Assembly: GCA_947588925.1 (NCBI GenBank) | Contig: CANQAT010000001.1 | Location: 1-57,370, forward strand | Direction: 5' to 3' | Source: an uncultured Bacilli bacterium | GTDB taxonomy: Bacteria; Bacillota_I; Bacilli_A; RF39; UBA660 | DNA: 57,370 nt | Part shown: piece by piece, positions 53,787 to 57,370 of the stretch | Layout: each line of letters starts with the position of its first letter | Numbering within the stretch: position 1 is the stretch's first letter | The notes under the pieces: model-generated | What the model saw: only the letters and a program-made list of their open reading frames with translations | What the model was told of the DNA's origin: nothing | The model's database searches: none | Made by a program: the position numbers and the translations under genes

Positions 53787-54358
53787 TTCTTTTCTATTAT
53801 TTCATCGATTATTCCGTATCTTAAAGCTTCTTCTGCGCTCATGAAATTATCTCTATCTGTATCTTTTTCTATTTCTTCTAAATTTTTATCAGTATTACTG
53901 GCAAGTATCTTATTTAACTTATCTTTAGTTTTAAGAATATGCTCTGCAGCTATTTTAATTTCAGTAGCCTGTCCTTCTGCGCCCCCTAAAGGTTGATGTA
54001 TCATAACCTCACTATTAGGTAGTATTAATCTTTTTCCTTTTTTTCCACTTGAAAGTAAGAATGCCGCCATAGACGCACATATTCCAATTCCAATAGTAGA
54101 TATATCACTATTAATATAATTCATCGTATCATATATTGCCATTCCATCTGTAACGCTCCCACCGGGTGAATTTATATAAACACTAATATCTTCATTGTTT
54201 AGTGAATCTAAATATAAAAGTTGTGCGACTACACTATTAGCTAGATTATTATCAATTTCTCCATTAATTATTATAATTCTATCCTTTAAAAGCCTTGAAT
54301 AAATATCATATACTCTTTCCCCACTACTTACTTTATCTATAACTGTTGGTACTATCAT
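53777..54358 (-). CDS. clpP: ATP-dependent Clp protease proteolytic subunit
   Basis: [15 protein letters not shown], catalytic Ser in [11 protein letters not shown] and His in MIHQP. The start at MIVPTV is preferred over the longer ORF-track call. Confidence 0.9.
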   Translation of the reverse strand: MIVPTVIDKVSSGERVYDIYSRLLKDRIIIINGEIDNNLANSVVAQLLYLDSLNNEDISVYINSPGGSVTDGMAIYDTMNYINSDISTIGIGICASMAAFLLSSGKKGKRLILPNSEVMIHQPLGGAEGQATEIKIAAEHILKTKDKLNKILASNTDKNLEEIEKDTDRDNFMSAEEALRYGIIDEIIEKKRG

Positions 54359-54466
54359 ATTCTCATCTCCTATGTATATAATAGTAATAAATAACATATT
54401 TATACCGAAAATTAGTCGACAAAGTATTTTTTTTTTGGTAAAATATTAATGAAAGTAGAGGATACT

Positions 54467-56131
54467 ATGGATAAAAAATTTAAAGTTACATATAGGGGCA
54501 ATGAGGTAATTGAATTTGAAGAAGGTACAACTTTTAAAGAGATATCTGAACACTTTAAACACAACTATAATTACGATATATTAGTGGCTAAAGTAGATAA
54601 CGACTTAACTGATTTAAGTGATACTCTAAAGAAAAGATGTACAATAGATTTCTTTGATAGAAGCTCATCAGTTGGAAATTCAATATATATTAGAGGAGCT
54701 ATATTTATACTTATTTTAGCTGTAAGGAATATACTTGGTGAGGATGTGGATGTTGTGACGGAGCACTCCATAGATAGAGGTATTTACTGTACAATTAATG
54801 GAGCTAAAATAAATAAAGATATAATAAATAAAATATATAAAGAGATGAAATCTATTACAGAAGAAGACTATATATTTACAAAACTTAGTGTATCTAGACT
54901 AGACGCTATTAAATATTTTAAAAAGCAAAATAAATTAGATAAAGTAAACGTTTTAAAATATATTTCAAACACTTATATAAATTTATATAGAATAAGTGAT
55001 ATGTATGATTATTTCTACAGTAAAATGCCTTATAGTACTAAACAGATTAACGATTATAAATTAACATATATTAAAGATGATGGATTTGTAATATCCCTCC
55101 CAGATACAGTTAATCCTGAGTGTACCCTTGATTATACACACCATGAAAAAGTATTTGATACATTCTTAGATTATACTAAATGGGGAAGAGTGCTTGGAGT
55201 GGAACACGCAGCTGATTTAAATAGGGTAGTATCTAAAGCAGAGGTTACAGAACTTATCAATTTGGCAGAAGCGCATTATGACTCACAACTAGCTCATATA
55301 GCAGATGAAATATATAATAGTAAAAGAAATATTAAAGTAGTTTTAATAGCAGGACCATCATCGAGTGGTAAAACAACTACTGCTAAAAAACTAGATATAT
55401 ATTTAAGAAGTAAAGGTTTTATAACACACCCAATAGGCTTAGATGATTATTTTGTAGATTTAAATCACCGAGTTTTAGATGAAAATGGTAAACCTGATTT
55501 TGAATCTATAAATGCTTTAGATGTAGATTTATTTAATCAAAACCTATCAGACTTATTAGAAGGTAAAAGAGTTAGTCTACCTACATATAACTTCTTACTA
55601 GCTAAAAGAGAATACAACGGTAGATACCTACAGTTGGGTGAGAAAGATATAATAATAGTAGAGGGGTTGCACGCCTTAAACGATGAACTTACTATGTCTA
55701 TTAGTAAAGATAATAAATATAAAATATATATAAGCCCACTTACTCAGTTAAACATAGATAAACATAATCATATACATACGAGTGATATTAGAAAACTAAG
55801 AAGAATATGTAGAGATAATAGAACAAGAGGTCACGGGGCTTTAGAAACACTTAGAATGTGGCCACAAGTTATTGCTGGTGAAAGAAATAACATATATAAA
55901 TTTCAAGATGATGTAGATACAGTTATAAATTCATCACTCATATACGAAATAGGGGTATTAAAGACTTATGTTGAACCATTATTATTTAATGTATCAGAGG
56001 ATGATAAGGAATATCCTGAGGCTTTAAGACTTATAAATTTCTTAAGAAATTTCTTGCCAATACCGAGTGATGATGTTCCAGCTGATTCAGTTTTAAGAGA
56101 ATTTATAGGGGGAAGTTGCTTTAAAAATTAA
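54467..56131 (+). CDS. TGS-like N-terminal domain fused to a uridine-kinase-family P-loop nucleoside kinase
   Basis: P-loop GPSSSGKTTTAKKL and IIVEGLHALND. Confidence 0.65.
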   Translation: MDKKFKVTYRGNEVIEFEEGTTFKEISEHFKHNYNYDILVAKVDNDLTDLSDTLKKRCTIDFFDRSSSVGNSIYIRGAIFILILAVRNILGEDVDVVTEHSIDRGIYCTINGAKINKDIINKIYKEMKSITEEDYIFTKLSVSRLDAIKYFKKQNKLDKVNVLKYISNTYINLYRISDMYDYFYSKMPYSTKQINDYKLTYIKDDGFVISLPDTVNPECTLDYTHHEKVFDTFLDYTKWGRVLGVEHAADLNRVVSKAEVTELINLAEAHYDSQLAHIADEIYNSKRNIKVVLIAGPSSSGKTTTAKKLDIYLRSKGFITHPIGLDDYFVDLNHRVLDENGKPDFESINALDVDLFNQNLSDLLEGKRVSLPTYNFLLAKREYNGRYLQLGEKDIIIVEGLHALNDELTMSISKDNKYKIYISPLTQLNIDKHNHIHTSDIRKLRRICRDNRTRGHGALETLRMWPQVIAGERNNIYKFQDDVDTVINSSLIYEIGVLKTYVEPLLFNVSEDDKEYPEALRLINFLRNFLPIPSDDVPADSVLREFIGGSCFKN

Positions 56132-56142
56132 GGAGGAATAAT

Positions 56143-57150
56143 ATGATAAGAGTAGCAATTAATGGATTTGGAAGAATAGGAAGACTAATATTTAGAATAA
56201 TGGAGGAAGACCCTAGTTTTGAGGTAGTAGCTATAAATGATTTAACGGACGCAGAGCAACTAGCATACCTACTTAAATATGATACAAGTCATGGTAATTA
56301 TAGAGTTGATGATATAAGCTTTGATGAAAATAATATTATTGTAGGTAGTAGAAAGATAAGAGTGTATAGTGAGACTGACCCATCTAATTTGCCATGGGGT
56401 GAACTTAAGATAGATGAGGTATTTGAATGTACTGGACACTTTACAGATAAAGATAAAGCATATGCTCATATAAATGCAGGAGCTAAAAAAGTTATAATAA
56501 GCGCACCTGCTAAAGGAGATTTAAAGACTATTGTTTATAATGTAAATGAAAATACTCTAGATGGTAGTGAAAAGGTCATAAGCGCAGCTTCATGTACTAC
56601 AAACTGTCTTGCTCCAGTACTTAATGTAATAGAGAAAAATATTGGTATAGTAAAAGGATTTATGACTACGGTCCATGCTTATACAAATGATCAAGCAACT
56701 CTTGATATAGCTCATAAAAAGGGAATAAATGCAAGACGTGGCAGGGCATGTGCGGCAAACATAGTACCATCATCAACAGGAGCTGCTTCTGCTATAGGTC
56801 TTGTTATTCCATCACTAAAAGGTAAGATGGATGGAGGAGCCCTAAGAGTACCTGTTACAACAGGGTCTGTTATAGATTTAACACTAGAACTTAAAAGAAA
56901 TACAACAGTTGATGAAATCAATAAATTATTTATAGATAATTCAAATGAAACTATTAAATTAACTTTTGATCCAATAGTATCAAGTGATATAAAAGGCTCT
57001 CATTTAGGTAGTTTAGTAGATGGACAGTTAACTAAAGTTGTTGAAGTAGATGGAAAACAATTAGTTAAAATAATTGCTTGGTATGATAATGAGATGGGTT
57101 ATTCAGCTCAAATGGTTAGAACTGCTAAATACTTTGGTAATTTAATGTAA
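56143..57150 (+). CDS. gap: Glyceraldehyde-3-phosphate dehydrogenase, type I
   Basis: NGFGRIGR, active site SCTTNCLAP, WYDNEMGYS. Confidence 0.95.
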   Translation: MIRVAINGFGRIGRLIFRIMEEDPSFEVVAINDLTDAEQLAYLLKYDTSHGNYRVDDISFDENNIIVGSRKIRVYSETDPSNLPWGELKIDEVFECTGHFTDKDKAYAHINAGAKKVIISAPAKGDLKTIVYNVNENTLDGSEKVISAASCTTNCLAPVLNVIEKNIGIVKGFMTTVHAYTNDQATLDIAHKKGINARRGRACAANIVPSSTGAASAIGLVIPSLKGKMDGGALRVPVTTGSVIDLTLELKRNTTVDEINKLFIDNSNETIKLTFDPIVSSDIKGSHLGSLVDGQLTKVVEVDGKQLVKIIAWYDNEMGYSAQMVRTAKYFGNLM

Positions 57151-57170
57151 AGTAAATGTATATATACTAG

Positions 57171-57230
57171 AGAAATAGATAATAATAAACATGAGGAAAT
57201 ATAAGGGTTTATTTATTATCTATTCTTTTA
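57171..57230 (+). terminator. Long hairpin terminator after gap
   Basis: AGAAATAGATAATAATAAAC pairs with GTTTATTTATTATCTATTCT (small bulges), followed by TTTT. Confidence 0.6.
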
Positions 57231-57288
57231 AAAAAACTGTTGCAAAGAAGCACATCACAAATTTTTCAAAAAAATTTAGCTCACCCCC

Positions 57289-57317
57289 TTGACAGGGGGG
57301 GGGGGGGATGATAGAAT
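57289..57317 (+). promoter_or_regulatory. Near-consensus promoter whose 17-nt spacer is mostly a G13 homopolymer
   Basis: TTGACA (57289..57294), G13 plus ATGA (57295..57311), TAGAAT (57312..57317). AAGGAGG RBS at 57337..57343. Confidence 0.6.
57295..57307. repeat. Poly-G tract (13 nt)
   Basis: 13 consecutive G in an otherwise very AT-rich window. Preceded by CCCCC-TTGACA, so a C5/G5 stem is also possible. Confidence 0.9.
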
Positions 57318-57348
57318 AGAAGTGTAAGTATAAAATAAGGAGGTTACT

Positions 57349-57370
57349 ATGAAAAATAAAGGTTTTACAC
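57349..57370 (+). CDS. 5' end of a type IV pilin/pseudopilin-like gene (partial; runs out of the window)
   Basis: The first seven codons read MKNKGFT, and the next codon starts with C. This matches the class III leader K-G/F-T-L-x-E. Confidence 0.5.

Noticed and set aside
57295-57307. Dismissing the poly-G tract as a sequencing artefact.
   Set aside because: I did not dismiss it. The tract is embedded in unique sequence on both sides and gives exactly a 17-nt promoter spacer upstream of an RBS and a plausible gene. The artefact possibility is kept as an explicit refutation test in the finding.
1-57370. Many 60-160-aa ORFs in the six-frame track lie antisense to, or nested within, longer genes. 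They are 3492..3809, 5423..5641, 6197..6382, 9003..9242, 13817..14020, 14431..14709, 16183..16419, 17904..18140, 23697..24170, 28158..28340, 28396..28668, 29547..29735, 35008..35202, 36032..36220, 36601..36801, 38438..38668, 38945..39136, 41890..42102, 42478..42717, 42958..43251, 47806..48000, 49150..49419, 50323..50526, 52093..52299, 54571..54771, 56269..56469 and 56712..56921.
   Set aside because: Each lies almost entirely inside a longer ORF that has recognisable motifs or operon context. None has a convincing RBS. Their low-complexity, hydrophobic composition is what antisense reading of AT-rich coding sequence produces. The 157-aa ORF at 23697..24170 is simply the mirror of the TM-helix-coding parts of paralogs 1 and 2.
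1-57370. CRISPR arrays, rRNA genes, riboswitches and T-boxes.
   Set aside because: I saw no array of regularly spaced identical repeats with unique spacers. I found no rRNA-like conserved blocks. None of the longer leaders had a recognisable specifier/T-box or riboswitch core. Only the abi leader hairpins and the repeats near the tRNA stood out, and both are reported.

Overview
The window is a very AT-rich chromosomal segment. Its gene content (spoVG, yabP, yabQ, divIC, gerQ) points to an endospore-forming, low-GC Firmicute, possibly Clostridia-like; that taxonomic call is an inference. Core genes I recognise are an LysM amidase, an RlmD-type rRNA methyltransferase, uppP, a GtrA plus LtaS-like pair, tRNA-Leu(CAA), scpA/scpB, rmuC, rnr, two CapA paralogs, smpB, spoVG-yabP-yabQ-divIC, lemA, gerQ, pduL, clpP, a TGS/uridine-kinase-like protein and gap. 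The main feature is a ~24 kb locus of 24 genes, all on the + strand (14114..38087). It joins a Tad-type (type IVc) pilus module to a Gram-positive-style type IV secretion module. The Tad module has a CpaF/TadA ATPase, TadB/TadC-like proteins, a CpaB-like protein, a TadZ-like protein, a Flp-sized pilin and three minor-pilin candidates that share a leader. The secretion module has a split VirB4, a VirD4 coupling protein, VirB6/TrbL-like and PrgI/VirB3-like proteins and two peptidoglycan hydrolases. I found no relaxase, integrase or prepilin peptidase anywhere in the window. A five-member paralog family runs through and beyond this locus. Its members are cysteine-rich secreted proteins ending in a conserved VirB2-like two-helix membrane module; three lie inside the locus and two are orphans at 40.2 kb and 49.2 kb. 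The accessory content is as follows. An internally deleted IS1182-like element sits at 50168..51085, and an inverted copy of its end lies at 1..99. A type II C5-methyltransferase/restriction pair lies between that IS and a degenerate solo IS end that supplies the clpP stop codon. An Abi_2-type abortive-infection gene has a leader containing two terminator-like hairpins. A degenerate repeat array lies next to the tRNA-Leu 3' end. At the right edge, a 13-G homopolymer fills most of the 17-nt spacer of a near-consensus promoter. The gene it drives begins MKNKGFT, a canonical type IV prepilin leader, so this is a candidate phase-variation switch. I saw no rRNA, CRISPR array or prophage structural genes.
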